In this document: positions 45,940 through 56,400 of the stretch, one piece after another
Position numbering within the stretch: the first letter of the stretch is position 1
How the letters are laid out: each line of letters opens with the position of its first letter
DNA from: Planctomycetota bacterium
Lineage (GTDB): Bacteria > Planctomycetota > B15-G4
DNA: 64,000 bases
NCBI GenBank assembly: GCA_965248575.1
Contig: CBDFJQ010000002.1
Coordinates: 3,808,001-3,872,000 of the forward strand
Direction: 5' to 3'
Translations under genes and position numbers: made by a program
The notes under the pieces: model-generated
Seen by the model: the letters and a program-made list of their open reading frames with translations, nothing else
Database searches by the model: none
Told to the model about the DNA's origin: nothing

Positions 45940-48183
45940 ATGAAGCGTGCGGGCTGGGCGCTGCTGGTGTTCGCCGTCTTGTCCGCCGTGCTCTGGGTGG
46001 TGTTGGACGAGGAGACGCCCAGGTCGGACAGCCCGCCGGTGTCGAGGGAAGATGCGACCCGGCGTGCACAGGCGGCGCGGGAGATGTCTGTTCAGCCCGA
46101 AGCGGGAGCTGGGCTTCGCCCGTTGCCGGTGGAAGCTGACGAGGTCAGCGATCCCCTGCCGCTCAACACGTCTTCTGTGCCTGTGCTGCAGGTCGAGGTG
46201 TTCGTGGAGAGCTTCGAAGGGGAGGCGGGACACATCCCCGCGGTGGGACTCCCGGTGGCTTTGGGGGTCAGTACCTCGCGTACGGATCTCTCCGAGCCTC
46301 TGCACCAGCTCGTGACGGATGATCAGGGCGTGGCTCGAGTCGATCTCCCGTGGCGCGCTCGTTACGAGTCGCGTTCGCCTCGCTGGTTTGTCTGGGCTCG
46401 CGTGAAGAGTGAGGGCTGGCTGGAACGGGTGCGCTTCGGGCAGGTTCCCTTGCTTCCCGCTGAAGGCGTCAGCATCCAGGTGTCGGCGATCCGTGGCGTT
46501 GAGGTCTGGGGGCGGGTGATCGGGCCGGACGGCGAGCCCACGCACGCACGGGTCGACTGGTGGTCGCTCGAGGAGGGCTCCCGCGTCACGGGATTCCTGG
46601 GCAACGCCGATGAGAACGGTCTCTTCAGCGGCGAGCTCAGCGTGCAAGGCCGGCTGCGCTTGTACGCCATGGGGCGTTCGACGTTCCTCGGTCGGAATCG
46701 CGATCTGAAAGCTGGCGCGGCGGACGTGGGCACCGGTGCGTCCGAGGAGTTTCGTGTGCGCTTCGATGAGCAGCCGCCGTTCATCGAGTTCGCTGTCTCG
46801 GGCCCAGGTGTCCTGCGTGGTCGGCTCTTGGATGGGGCAGGGCGGGCCGTGCCCCAACACCTGCTGATTGCTGTCTTGGCGGAGAAGGACGCAGAGCTTT
46901 CGGGGCGCGTGGGCCGCGACCCGGTGGTCCATGCATCCGACCTGGGCCTGCAGGGCGGCGGACATGTGTTCGCCGACGCTGAAACGGGCCCCGACGGCAG
47001 GTTCTTGATCCAGGGGCTTCGTGGGGGCAGCTATCACCTGCGGGTGAAACCACCAGCGGAAGGTGCTGCCACCAGTTGGCAACGCCTGACTGAGCAGGCC
47101 ATTCCGGCCAACGGTGCGCCGTTCCAGCTGACGTACGTCCGCTCGCACCTCGCGATTCATGTGCGCCGCTCCGATGGAGAGCTGCCGGGCCCACTTCATC
47201 GTGGCCAAGAACTGGGCCTGGCGATTCCGGTCGGAGAGCGCGCCGAAGGGGACTCACCCATGCTGTCCGTGATGCACGCTCCGGGTTCTTTCTCCTGGAG
47301 TGCCGGTGGGGAGAAACGTCGACTGGTCGCTGACAGGGTGGGTGAAGGAGAGTTCCTCGTGGACGTCGAGCCCGGATCCGTCGTGGATGTCGGCTTGATC
47401 GGCGAGGGAATCCCTTGGCGGTCCCGACGAGTCGCCCTGCCACAGGGCGGAGGGCGGGTTGATGTGGAACTCGTCCTTCCAGAGCCAACGTCGACCGGTG
47501 TGCTGGTGCTGCACGTCCTGGATCGGCGAGGTGAGGCACCGCAGGGGCCCGTGCGCGTGCGTGTGGAAGAGCCTGGGACCGGTGCGGTGCTCTTCGAGTC
47601 CACGGCTTCGGCGCGGCAAGGCAGCTTGGAAAAGCGCGCCGTGCTGCCGACGGGGCGATACCTCCTACGCGTGGACGGCTTGGCGTCGCGCAGTTTCTGG
47701 CACGGCACCGTTACGGGCAGCCGGAGCCACGGCAGTGCCGAGCGGGTCGTGGACGTGGAGCCTGGCCGTGAACAGCAAGTGACCCTGCAGCTCAACGCAG
47801 GTTCCCGGCTCGCTGTGACTGTGGTCGGAAACCCGGGCGGACCATCGAACTCTGCCAGCGCATCCGTGTCGTGGATGGGGCCGGGGGCACGGGCGCTGCG
47901 CCAGGTCTACTTCGGTGAGCCAACACTCTCAGTGGCACTGCGCCTCGAGCACGAGGCTCGCTGGCCCGAAGAGGTCTTCTTCCTGCGTGAGGCCAAGCAG
48001 GGTACATCCGCCGCAGGTCTGCATTTGTTGTCGACTCTCGCCCTGGGAGAGGAAGCGACCTCTGAGTTGTTGGCTCCGGGGGACTACACACTGGTCGCGG
48101 TGGGCCCCGATGGACGGGAGCGGCGCCAAGCGGTGAGCCTCGTGGACGGCGAGACCTTGGCTGTCCGCGTGTTGTTGGACTGA
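45940..48183 (+). CDS. Membrane-anchored carboxypeptidase-regulatory-like repeat protein
   Basis: N-terminal TM; repeated GRV..G.P / TD..G.F beta-sandwich motifs. Confidence 0.72.
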   Translation: MKRAGWALLVFAVLSAVLWVVLDEETPRSDSPPVSREDATRRAQAAREMSVQPEAGAGLRPLPVEADEVSDPLPLNTSSVPVLQVEVFVESFEGEAGHIPAVGLPVALGVSTSRTDLSEPLHQLVTDDQGVARVDLPWRARYESRSPRWFVWARVKSEGWLERVRFGQVPLLPAEGVSIQVSAIRGVEVWGRVIGPDGEPTHARVDWWSLEEGSRVTGFLGNADENGLFSGELSVQGRLRLYAMGRSTFLGRNRDLKAGAADVGTGASEEFRVRFDEQPPFIEFAVSGPGVLRGRLLDGAGRAVPQHLLIAVLAEKDAELSGRVGRDPVVHASDLGLQGGGHVFADAETGPDGRFLIQGLRGGSYHLRVKPPAEGAATSWQRLTEQAIPANGAPFQLTYVRSHLAIHVRRSDGELPGPLHRGQELGLAIPVGERAEGDSPMLSVMHAPGSFSWSAGGEKRRLVADRVGEGEFLVDVEPGSVVDVGLIGEGIPWRSRRVALPQGGGRVDVELVLPEPTSTGVLVLHVLDRRGEAPQGPVRVRVEEPGTGAVLFESTASARQGSLEKRAVLPTGRYLLRVDGLASRSFWHGTVTGSRSHGSAERVVDVEPGREQQVTLQLNAGSRLAVTVVGNPGGPSNSASASVSWMGPGARALRQVYFGEPTLSVALRLEHEARWPEEVFFLREAKQGTSAAGLHLLSTLALGEEATSELLAPGDYTLVAVGPDGRERRQAVSLVDGETLAVRVLLD

Positions 48184-48190
48184 GGGCCAG

Positions 48191-48207
48191 CGCGCGTCGG
48201 ACGCGCG
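48191..48207. terminator. Small hairpin between convergent genes
   Basis: CGCGCGT-CGG-ACGCGCG; no U-tract. Confidence 0.3.
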
Positions 48208-48209
48208 AC

Positions 48210-48350
48210 TCAGTAGAGCCGGTACTCGAAGGGGTCGACGGGGGTCTTCGAGGACTTGAAGGCCAGGTACAGCAAGAGCGCCACGAAGAGCAGGATGGGC
48301 GTCACCCAATAGCGCTTGTTGCAGGCCAGGTAGCTGAAGAAGGACTTCAT
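48210..48350 (-). CDS. DUF5989-like small membrane protein (46 aa)
   Basis: KRYW..PILL..(TM)..PFEY.LY pattern. Confidence 0.7.
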   Translation of the reverse strand: MKSFFSYLACNKRYWVTPILLFVALLLYLAFKSSKTPVDPFEYRLY

Positions 48351-48449
48351 GGGATCGGCGACTTCCAGTCCATGGAACGGAGACGGCCTTGAGCGCGCCA
48401 GCATACGACGCCTTGGGGGAGCGCGACACGGGACGCCGCAAGCAGAGCT

Positions 48450-48704
48450 CTAGCGGAGGAGTGTCTTGCTGGCCCAGAGTAGGGCGGCTGCGATCGCGAG
48501 GCCACGGGCCAGCCAGGTGCGCGTGCGGTCCGCCTGCACCGTGAACACCCGCTGACTCCGGGAGCCGTGTCGTTTCCGCACGCGCTCTGCATGGTGCACC
48601 CGGCGCACGACCCGTTGCCGTTGTGAGCCGGGTTCGGAAGCCGAGCTGTCGGGGACAGCCTGCGGATCACGGCTCGGTCGGGGATGGATGGGGCTGATCT
48701 GCAT
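48450..48704 (-). CDS. Small hypothetical protein with C-terminal hydrophobic helix
   Basis: 84-aa ORF filling the intergenic gap. Confidence 0.4.
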   Translation of the reverse strand: MQISPIHPRPSRDPQAVPDSSASEPGSQRQRVVRRVHHAERVRKRHGSRSQRVFTVQADRTRTWLARGLAIAAALLWASKTLLR

Positions 48705-48946
48705 GATCGTGTGGAGTCGCCCAGGCGGGTGCGCGATGGGCGCCGAGATGGGGTGAGCTGAAAACGGATGCAGCTCCCACAGTGTGGGATGACCGTGAAA
48801 CAGCAGGCGACGGTCCAGGTCTTGCTGAAATCCGTGATGGGCGTCTCAAGGCGGCAGCTTCGTGACGTTTGAGCCGTGCTGGGCGCGCGCCCCCATCGCG
48901 TGCTCCCCAACGAGAGCAGCGGGCTCATGAGGGTGGTCGGCGCTCT

Positions 48947-49132
48947 CTAGCCGCCGAGCATGTCTGTGACGTTGCTCATGTAGTAAGCGTAGAAGGCCGC
49001 CACGGCTCCCAGGATGCCCAGCCGGATCCAGCGCCCGGATTGCTTCCGGGCGGCATCCATCAGCGCCACTTGCTCGAGTTCACACACGGATTCTTCGAGG
49101 CGGGCGAGGCGATCTTCCAGGGGCTCAGACAT
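48947..49132 (-). CDS. Small coiled-coil + TM hypothetical protein
   Basis: GAGG SD; LEDRLARLEE coil followed by a TM. Confidence 0.65.
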   Translation of the reverse strand: MSEPLEDRLARLEESVCELEQVALMDAARKQSGRWIRLGILGAVAAFYAYYMSNVTDMLGG

Positions 49133-49263
49133 GCTGCCTCTATCGACCAGCGGGTAGAGAGAGATGAAGGCGACCCCAAGATTGCACCCAAGTTAGGCTG
49201 TACGGCCTGCTGCCGTCCCGGCACTGAGCGCTGAACCAGAACCAGCCGACACGAAGGAGAACT

Positions 49264-49878
49264 GTGGGTTTCTATCGCGACTACATCCTTCCGCGCGGCG
49301 TCGACAAGGCACTGTCGGGGGAGGAGCACGAGGCGCAGCGCCAGAAGGTGACTGCAGGTCTGCACGGGCGGGTGCTGGAGATCGGCTTCGGTTCCGGGCG
49401 CAACCTGGCGTACTTGCCGGAGGAGGTCGAGCGCGTCGAGGCCGTGGAGCCGGCGAAGGGTGGGCGCAAGATCGCCTTGCCGCGCATGGATGCCTGCCAC
49501 GCAGACGTCGCCTTCGTGGCCGAGAATGCCGAGTCGGTGCCTCTGGAGGACGGCAGCATCGATTGCGCCTTGTCGACCTGGACGATCTGCAGCGTGGTGA
49601 GTCCGCCGCAGGCCCTCGCTGAGATCCGCCGGGTCCTGAAGCCCGGCGGTGCCTTGCATTTCGTGGACCACGGCCTGGCCCCTGACCCGAAGGTCGCTCG
49701 CTGGCAACGGCGCCTCGAACCGCTGCAACGCCTGGTGTTCGGCCGCTGTCGTCTGCAGCTGCCCATCGATGAGCTGCTGCGGGAGGCGGGCTTCGAACTG
49801 GAGGCGCTGGACCGCTTCTACATGCCGGGCCCGAAGATCTCGTCCTATATGTACGCGGGCGTGGCGCGCGTGCAGTGA
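49264..49878 (+). CDS. Class I SAM-dependent methyltransferase
   Basis: AAGGAG SD; VLEIGFGSG, EIRRVLKPGG. Confidence 0.9.
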   Translation: MGFYRDYILPRGVDKALSGEEHEAQRQKVTAGLHGRVLEIGFGSGRNLAYLPEEVERVEAVEPAKGGRKIALPRMDACHADVAFVAENAESVPLEDGSIDCALSTWTICSVVSPPQALAEIRRVLKPGGALHFVDHGLAPDPKVARWQRRLEPLQRLVFGRCRLQLPIDELLREAGFELEALDRFYMPGPKISSYMYAGVARVQ

Positions 49879-49885
49879 AGCGGGC

Positions 49886-50068
49886 CTACTCGGCCTCGCT
49901 CTTGAGGGAGATGGATCCGTCGCGCTCGATGCGCACGTGCAGGACATGCGGGCGGCAGCAGACGGGGCAGTCCTCCACGTACTCCTGTTCGGAGCCGGCG
50001 CTGAGGTCGACACCCACGACGATGTCTTCGCCACAGAAGTCGCAGGTGTAGATGTGTTCTTCAAGCAT
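49886..50068 (-). CDS. CPXCG-motif cysteine-rich small protein
   Basis: CDFCGE..QEYVEDCPVCCRP. Confidence 0.88.
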   Translation of the reverse strand: MLEEHIYTCDFCGEDIVVGVDLSAGSEQEYVEDCPVCCRPHVLHVRIERDGSISLKSEAE

Positions 50069-50137
50069 CGCCGCATGATGCCACGGCGGGGTGTAGGGTA
50101 CGGGTCCTTGTGTCACGGATCGTGTGGAGAGCTGCCC

Positions 50138-51199
50138 GTGGGTGTGCTTGCGAGCGTTGTGTGTGCCGTTGTGCTGCCGCTTCTCGTTTCGGTGCAGGAG
50201 GAAGCGCCCAGCAGGGAGGACGAGGCCGTCGTGATGACGAACCATCTCACTTATGAGCCCGCACCCGATCTGCCCGGAGCTGGACGTCATGTGGTGCTGG
50301 TCGCCGGCGACGAGGAGTACCGGTCCGAGGAAGCCCTGCCCATGCTCGCGAAGATCCTGGCGCGGCGTCACGGCTTCCGCTGCACGGTTCTGTTCTCCTT
50401 GAACGAGCAGGGCGAGATCGACCCTACGGCGAGCTCACGGATCCCGGGGCTTGAGCTGCTGGACGAGGCGGACGCGCTCGTGTTGTTCACGCGTTTTCGG
50501 CGTCTGCCGGACGAAGACATGGAGCACATCGTGGCTTACGTCGAAGCGGGCCGGCCGTTCATCGCCTTGCGGACTGCAACCCACGCCTTTGCCTATGAGG
50601 CGGAGTCAACGAGCCCCTACGCGCACTGGTCCTGGAATCACGGGGAGCCATGGCCGGGTGGTTTCGGCCGCCAGGTGTTGGGGGAGACATGGGTCAACCA
50701 CCACGGTCACCACGGGCAGGAGAGCACGCGGGGCGTGGTGCCCGATGGGGTGCGCTCGCACCCCATCCTGCGAGGGGTGGAGGATGTGTGGGGGCCCAGC
50801 GATGTCTATGGCATTCGTGACCTGCCGGAGGATGCCGTCGTGCTGCTGGAGGGCTCGGTCCGGGCCGGCATGACACCCGACGCGCCAGCCGTGGAGGGGC
50901 CGAAGAATGACCCGCGCATGCCGATTGCCTGGTTGCGTGAACGGGACTTTGCGGCTTCGCCTGAGCCCGCCCCCGAGAGGCAGCGTCTTGTCACATCCAC
51001 CCTCGCCGCTGCCGTCGACATGCAGAGTGAAGGCTTGCGGCGCTTCCTGATCAACGCCGTTTACTGGTGTGTGGGATCCGAGGCGGCCATTCCTGCTCGC
51101 AATGACGCGCGCCTGGTGGGGGTCTACGAGCCCACGATGTTCGGGTTCGGCGGCTTCAAACCGAGGGTGCGCCCCGAGGATCACGCCCTCAACGACTGA
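50138..51199 (+). CDS. ThuA-like (trehalose utilisation) domain protein, planctomycete type
   Basis: GDEEYRSEE.LP.LAKIL, LRTATHAF, W..HHG.H. Confidence 0.82.
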   Translation: MGVLASVVCAVVLPLLVSVQEEAPSREDEAVVMTNHLTYEPAPDLPGAGRHVVLVAGDEEYRSEEALPMLAKILARRHGFRCTVLFSLNEQGEIDPTASSRIPGLELLDEADALVLFTRFRRLPDEDMEHIVAYVEAGRPFIALRTATHAFAYEAESTSPYAHWSWNHGEPWPGGFGRQVLGETWVNHHGHHGQESTRGVVPDGVRSHPILRGVEDVWGPSDVYGIRDLPEDAVVLLEGSVRAGMTPDAPAVEGPKNDPRMPIAWLRERDFAASPEPAPERQRLVTSTLAAAVDMQSEGLRRFLINAVYWCVGSEAAIPARNDARLVGVYEPTMFGFGGFKPRVRPEDHALND

Positions 51200-51308
51200 A
51201 GACACGAAGTCGGAGGCACACAAGCTGCGAAGTGTGCGCCATAGTGGTCGGCCTTCTCGTTCCCAACCCTCCCCCCCTCCCCTCTCCCCCCCCAACGGAG
51301 CCCATCCG

Positions 51309-53372
51309 ATGCGGATGCTTGCACCCCTCGTCGCTTCACTCTTGCTGACGCCTCTTTGTGTCGGCCAGCTGACGGACATCCAGCCCGGCCGGAATTTCAC
51401 CAATGCCGTGGTGGCCTTTGGCACATCGGGTCGCTCGGAGAACATCGATGTGGGCGATATCGACAACGATGGCGACTACGACGTGGGGGTTGCGAACGGC
51501 GGCGACGGCGCGGTTCAGCTAAATGAGATCTATGTGAACAACGGGAACGCGCAGGGCGGCGTGCAGGGCGTGTTCGAGAATGGCACGCCGACGCGCTTCG
51601 CAGGTTTGCCGGCCGACACGAGCCGCGACATCGAGTTCGCCGACTTCGACGGCGATTCCGACCTCGACGTCTACATCTCCAACCGGGGCAACACCGTGAA
51701 CAACGGTGAGGTGTCACGGGCTCACGTCAACCAGGGTGGTTTCCAGGGTGGCAGCATCGGCTTCTTCTCCGAGGGGACCGATGCCTTCTGGGGCAACCTC
51801 ATCTCGGTGCCGCTCGCTGAAGAAGACGGCGTCCAGGACGGCCAGGGGCCGTTCCGTGACTTCAGCTGCGATTGTGATTTCGCGGACATCGACGATGACG
51901 GTGACCTCGATCTCTTCCACAGCAGCTATGGCCCCAACATCAGCGGCAACCGCGACTCCCGCATCTTCTTGAATGACGGCATGGGGCAGTTCGACGAGAT
52001 GTGGCCCTGGATGGCTGCCGGTGGCGACATCCAGTTGCACACCCTCGACATCGACATGGCCGACTTTGACGGCGACTTTGACCTGGACGTGTTCGCGAGC
52101 AGCCGCAACAGCCAGGCGCGCGTCTGGATCAACCAGCTGGACCTTGCCAGCGGAACCTGGCCGGGCGACGCCTTCGTGGACGTGACCCAGACGGCGCTGG
52201 TGGACACCGGTGCGGGCTTGTCAGGCGGCGCCAACTACGAAGCGGAATTCGCGGACGTGGACGGCGACGGGGACTTCGATGTGTGGGCCAAGAACTACAA
52301 CGGGGTTGCCGACGACATCCTGGAGAACGACGGAAGCGCGACCTTCACGCGCACCACGTGGATCACCGGCGATCCGAACAACGACGAGAACGAGATCGAC
52401 TTCATCGACTACGACAGTGATGGCGACCTCGACGCGTTCCTGGCGAACTTCTCGGGTACCAACTGGATCTACCAGAACGGGTCGGCCCAGGGTTCGATGG
52501 TCATGCCACGCACCGGGACCGCCGGCGCGAACTGGAATGAAACCCCCTCCGCCAACAACAGCGGTACGACCCTCGATGGAGAGGTGGCCGACGTGGACGG
52601 AGATGGCGACCCCGACCTCATGCTGGCCAATGACGGGAACCAGCCGAACCGTCTGTGGATCAACGAGTTGGGCACGCCGGATACCCATGCGCCGACTTTC
52701 CATCAGGTGACTGTCCAAGGCACCAAGACGGATGGCAGCGACACGGTCATCCGCGCGCAGGTCCGGGACAACGCGCCGTACTACATCGTCGACTACTACA
52801 GCGCCAACTTGCTGTACACGGTGAACGGTGGCGTCGAGGTCTGCGTGCAGATGTTCTCGCAGCATGGCCAGCAGTTCCGCGGCGTCATTCCTGGCGGCGT
52901 CAACGGTGCCATCAGCTATCGGGTCGAAGCCACGGATGACGCCGGTAACACCGGCGTTTCTGCGTCAGTGAACTATCTGCAAGCGAGCTCGGGCGCCCCG
53001 CTCTGGGAGAACCTGGGCAGCGGCACGGTGGGTCTGAATGGCTTCGTTCCGTATCTGGCGATGGGTGGTCCGCAGGTGGGCGGTAGCGAGGTGACCTTCT
53101 CCTTGACCGACGCCCGTCCCAACGCCCTGGCGCTGACCTGGCTCGCGTTCACGTCCTCACCGTTCAACGCCATCGGTGGCACCGTGTTCGCGGCACCCTT
53201 TGCGAACCAGATTGCCATCACCACCACGGCGGGTGGCCTGCGCCAAGTGAGCAGCACCTGGCCCGGGGGCTTGCCGGCTGGAGTTGACCACTACTGGCAG
53301 GTGTTCGTGGCGGACGACACGTCCATCCACGGCATCACCATGAGCAACGCCGTGCACGGTGTGACCCCCTGA
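51309..53372 (+). CDS. Secreted FG-GAP/VCBS repeat protein with conserved C-terminal domain
   Basis: GGAG SD; seven D.D.DGD.D-type repeats; signal peptide. Confidence 0.88.
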   Translation: MRMLAPLVASLLLTPLCVGQLTDIQPGRNFTNAVVAFGTSGRSENIDVGDIDNDGDYDVGVANGGDGAVQLNEIYVNNGNAQGGVQGVFENGTPTRFAGLPADTSRDIEFADFDGDSDLDVYISNRGNTVNNGEVSRAHVNQGGFQGGSIGFFSEGTDAFWGNLISVPLAEEDGVQDGQGPFRDFSCDCDFADIDDDGDLDLFHSSYGPNISGNRDSRIFLNDGMGQFDEMWPWMAAGGDIQLHTLDIDMADFDGDFDLDVFASSRNSQARVWINQLDLASGTWPGDAFVDVTQTALVDTGAGLSGGANYEAEFADVDGDGDFDVWAKNYNGVADDILENDGSATFTRTTWITGDPNNDENEIDFIDYDSDGDLDAFLANFSGTNWIYQNGSAQGSMVMPRTGTAGANWNETPSANNSGTTLDGEVADVDGDGDPDLMLANDGNQPNRLWINELGTPDTHAPTFHQVTVQGTKTDGSDTVIRAQVRDNAPYYIVDYYSANLLYTVNGGVEVCVQMFSQHGQQFRGVIPGGVNGAISYRVEATDDAGNTGVSASVNYLQASSGAPLWENLGSGTVGLNGFVPYLAMGGPQVGGSEVTFSLTDARPNALALTWLAFTSSPFNAIGGTVFAAPFANQIAITTTAGGLRQVSSTWPGGLPAGVDHYWQVFVADDTSIHGITMSNAVHGVTP

Positions 53373-53393
53373 CCCCGCACTGAGCGGTCGTCA

Positions 53394-53432
53394 GCGCGCC
53401 CGTCGGTGAGAGCCCCTCACCGGCGGGCGCGT
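53394..53432. terminator. 17-bp hairpin between convergent genes (putative bidirectional terminator)
   Basis: GCGCGCCCGTCGGTGAG-AGCCC-CTCACCGGCGGGCGCGT with two G-U pairs. Confidence 0.6.
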
Positions 53433-53453
53433 GTCGTTGAGGGGTGCCACGCC

Positions 53454-56400
53454 TCAGTTGTCGCGCAGGCTTTCCAGATAGGCGATGAGCGCCAGCACCT
53501 CGTCCTTCTCGAAGGTGGACAGCAGTCCCTCCGGCATCGTCGAGATCTGGGAAGGCCGGCGGCGTGCGATCTCGCTCTTGGGGAGCTCCCGCACGGTGCC
53601 CTTGTAGGGGTCGACCTGCACGTCCACCTGGTTTGCGTCTTCGGCCAGGACCCTGCCTGAGAGGACGCCGCCCCCCGTGGTCACGAAGGTCTCGGAGGCA
53701 TAGCCCTCGAGGATCTCGGCAGACGGATCGAGGATGTGGGTGAGCAGGGCTGCGCGATCGTGGCGCAGGACCACTTCGTTCAGAGGCGGTCCCGTCTGCG
53801 GCCGCTGCCCACCTGATGCGCTCGGCGTGTTGTCCACCACGTGGCAGAGCCCACAGGAAGCGACTTCGAACAGCGAGCGACCGCGTTCGGGCAGCTGCTG
53901 ATCCACCCCGTGCAGTTGGTCGGTGAAATCGTCGACGGACCAGAAGGCGACGTAGCTGCGTTGCGCCGCAGCCTTGACGTCCACGGTCGCATCGTCTCCA
54001 CCGTGCGCGACCTCGTCCAGCTCACCGAGCAGCAGCCGCTCTTCCTCTGATTCATCCACCACCTGCATGGTGCCGTTCATGCGCACCCAGTGGCCGGGGA
54101 AGGTGCACACATAGGGGTAGTCCCCAGGAGTCTCAGGTGCCTGGAAAGCCAGGGTCTGCGACTCTCCCGGTTGCAAAAGGCGGGACGCGAAGAGGACTTC
54201 GGCACGATCGGGCACGAAGCTCCGTTCCCACGCTGTCGGCTCCGCGGCCATGTCTTCGGCCGCCAACCCCACTTCGGCGAGGGCACCGGGCACGGTGACC
54301 ACCACGTTGTGGGGCATGATGTCCGTGTTCTCGAAGTGGAGTTCGACGGAACGCCCCGCGACCACAGTGAACTGCGTGCGATCGAAGAGCAGCGCGTCGG
54401 GGACGGGGCGCAGGATGATGCGTGTAGGCCCGAGGCGGCGAGCTGCCACATGCAAGGGGCCCGCGAGGTCGCCGCTCACGTTGGGAGCGATGGCATCGGC
54501 CAGGGCCAGCAGGCGCGGGTCGGCGGCTGCATGCCCCGTCGTCCAGGCCGCTGCGAGTTCCGTGATCAGGCGTTGTGCCAAGGGGTCCACGGCTCCGGCG
54601 GGCCACTCGCTGGCTGGGATTTGCAGCAAGGCGTCGAGCAGGGCCGGCTGCAGGGTCGCGGAACCCCAGTGCCCGAGCAGCAGGGAGACGGCCGCGCTCC
54701 TGCGCACACCGAGGGCGGCGAGGCAGCGTGCGGCGGCGCGCTGCAAGCCCACGTCCAGGGGGGCGAGTTCGTGGCGGGTCGACGGGCGGGGTTGGGGTTG
54801 GTCGAGCGCCTCGAACACCGGGCGTCGAGCGCCATCGAGGATCGTCAGCCGGTACCCGTCGAGCCGCGTACCGAGGTTGCCGTCGGTTCGATTCCAGAGC
54901 TCGACCGCATCCATGCTGCGCTCGCTTCCCAGGTCCAGTTCCCACCAGGGGTCGGGCCGGTTCTCGATGGTGTGGGTCTGGGCTCCGTCGCCCCATGCAC
55001 CCGACGTCTCGCCATCGATGCCGAAGGCGGCCAGTCCACCCCAGTTCGTCGACGATTGCTCTGCGTTGCCACCGAGGGCGACGTTGAGGCCACCCGACCA
55101 GACCTGGACTTCAGCCAGGGTGAGGGTGCGCTCGGGGCCGGGCAGCTGGACACGCACATAGCGGCCCTTGAGGAGAGCGGACGCTGACTCGCTACCTGGA
55201 GTTTCGGCACCTGGATTCATCGACTTCGTCAGGGCAGCGGGCAGCGCCGTCATGAGCGACGCGACCCGCTCGAAGAGCGCTTCCTTGGCTGGGATGTCGT
55301 CCACGAGCGGCAGCGCCTCCAGCAGGTCGATCATGCCCCGGAAGGAGGAGCTGGCCTCAAGCCACGCAGCGTTGGGGTTGGCTTGTTGCTCGAGCCTTGC
55401 TGCCATGGCCAGGCGGCGCGTGCTCGTCCGGCGAGCGTCCTGGCTGAGGGTCTTCAGGGGTGCTTCGAAGGCGGCGAGCTCGTCGGGCGACAGGCTACCC
55501 AGGCTCGCGAACAGCCCCGACAGGAGGTGGTCCACATGGCCCACGTCCCGGGAGTCTGCCTTGAGGACGGCGGCCAGGAACTCCTGGGCGAGAGCTTGGC
55601 CGCTGTGGGCGGAGAGTCGACGCAGCGCGGCGCCGTAGGTTGCAGGGGGCAGACCGTGACGGCTGAGCAGGACCCCGTCCAGGACGAGGCTGGGGGCCGC
55701 ACCTTCGAGTTCCGCTGTGTCCATCTGCCCCAGCGCCCAAGCCAACCCGCGCTCGCTCAGGCCCGGCAGGCGCTCGCCACGAGCCAGCGGTGCGCGCCAA
55801 TGGGGCTCGAGCGCGCGCATGGTCTCGCGAAAGGCGTAGTCCATGAACCGGTCGTCGCCCAGGTGCTCGAGAAACTGCAGCGCGCAGAGCGCCGCTGTGC
55901 GCGAGGGCTCGAAGCTGAGTCCCACGAGCATCTCGGCCTGCACGCGCGCTGGAACCTCCGACAGCAGATCGGAGAGCGTGGCGATGTCCGCGCCCTCCGA
56001 GAGTTGAGGAAACAAGCGCGCGCTGAGCGGGCCCATAGACCGCTGGCTCTGGCGAGCGACGCGGGTGGCTGCGGCCCGTGCTTCCGGCGCCGCGCTGTTG
56101 AGCATGCGATCCAGGAGGGCGCCATCTGTCGCACCCTGTTGCTGCGTGAGCCACAACAGTTCGAGCAGATGATGTTCGTGTTCGGCGTCCGACGATGGCC
56201 TGCCGTCGCCCAGTTTCCGGGCTGCTTCACGAGATGCCTTCAGGACCTCATCGCGGTCCCTGCCGCTGAGCTCGCTGCGCACCTTCGCGCGCACTCGATC
56301 CACGGAGTGGGTCAGGAGCTGCACGAGCTCAGGCACCGTGGCCCCGGCGATGGTCGGCGCTTCGCTGACAGGTTGACCCCTGGCTGAGTAGCGGTAGATG

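Noticed and set aside
51450..52630. GACGGCGAC-type nucleotide repeats as a CRISPR or tandem array
   Set aside because: They encode D.DGD.D protein repeats; no constant repeat-spacer structure
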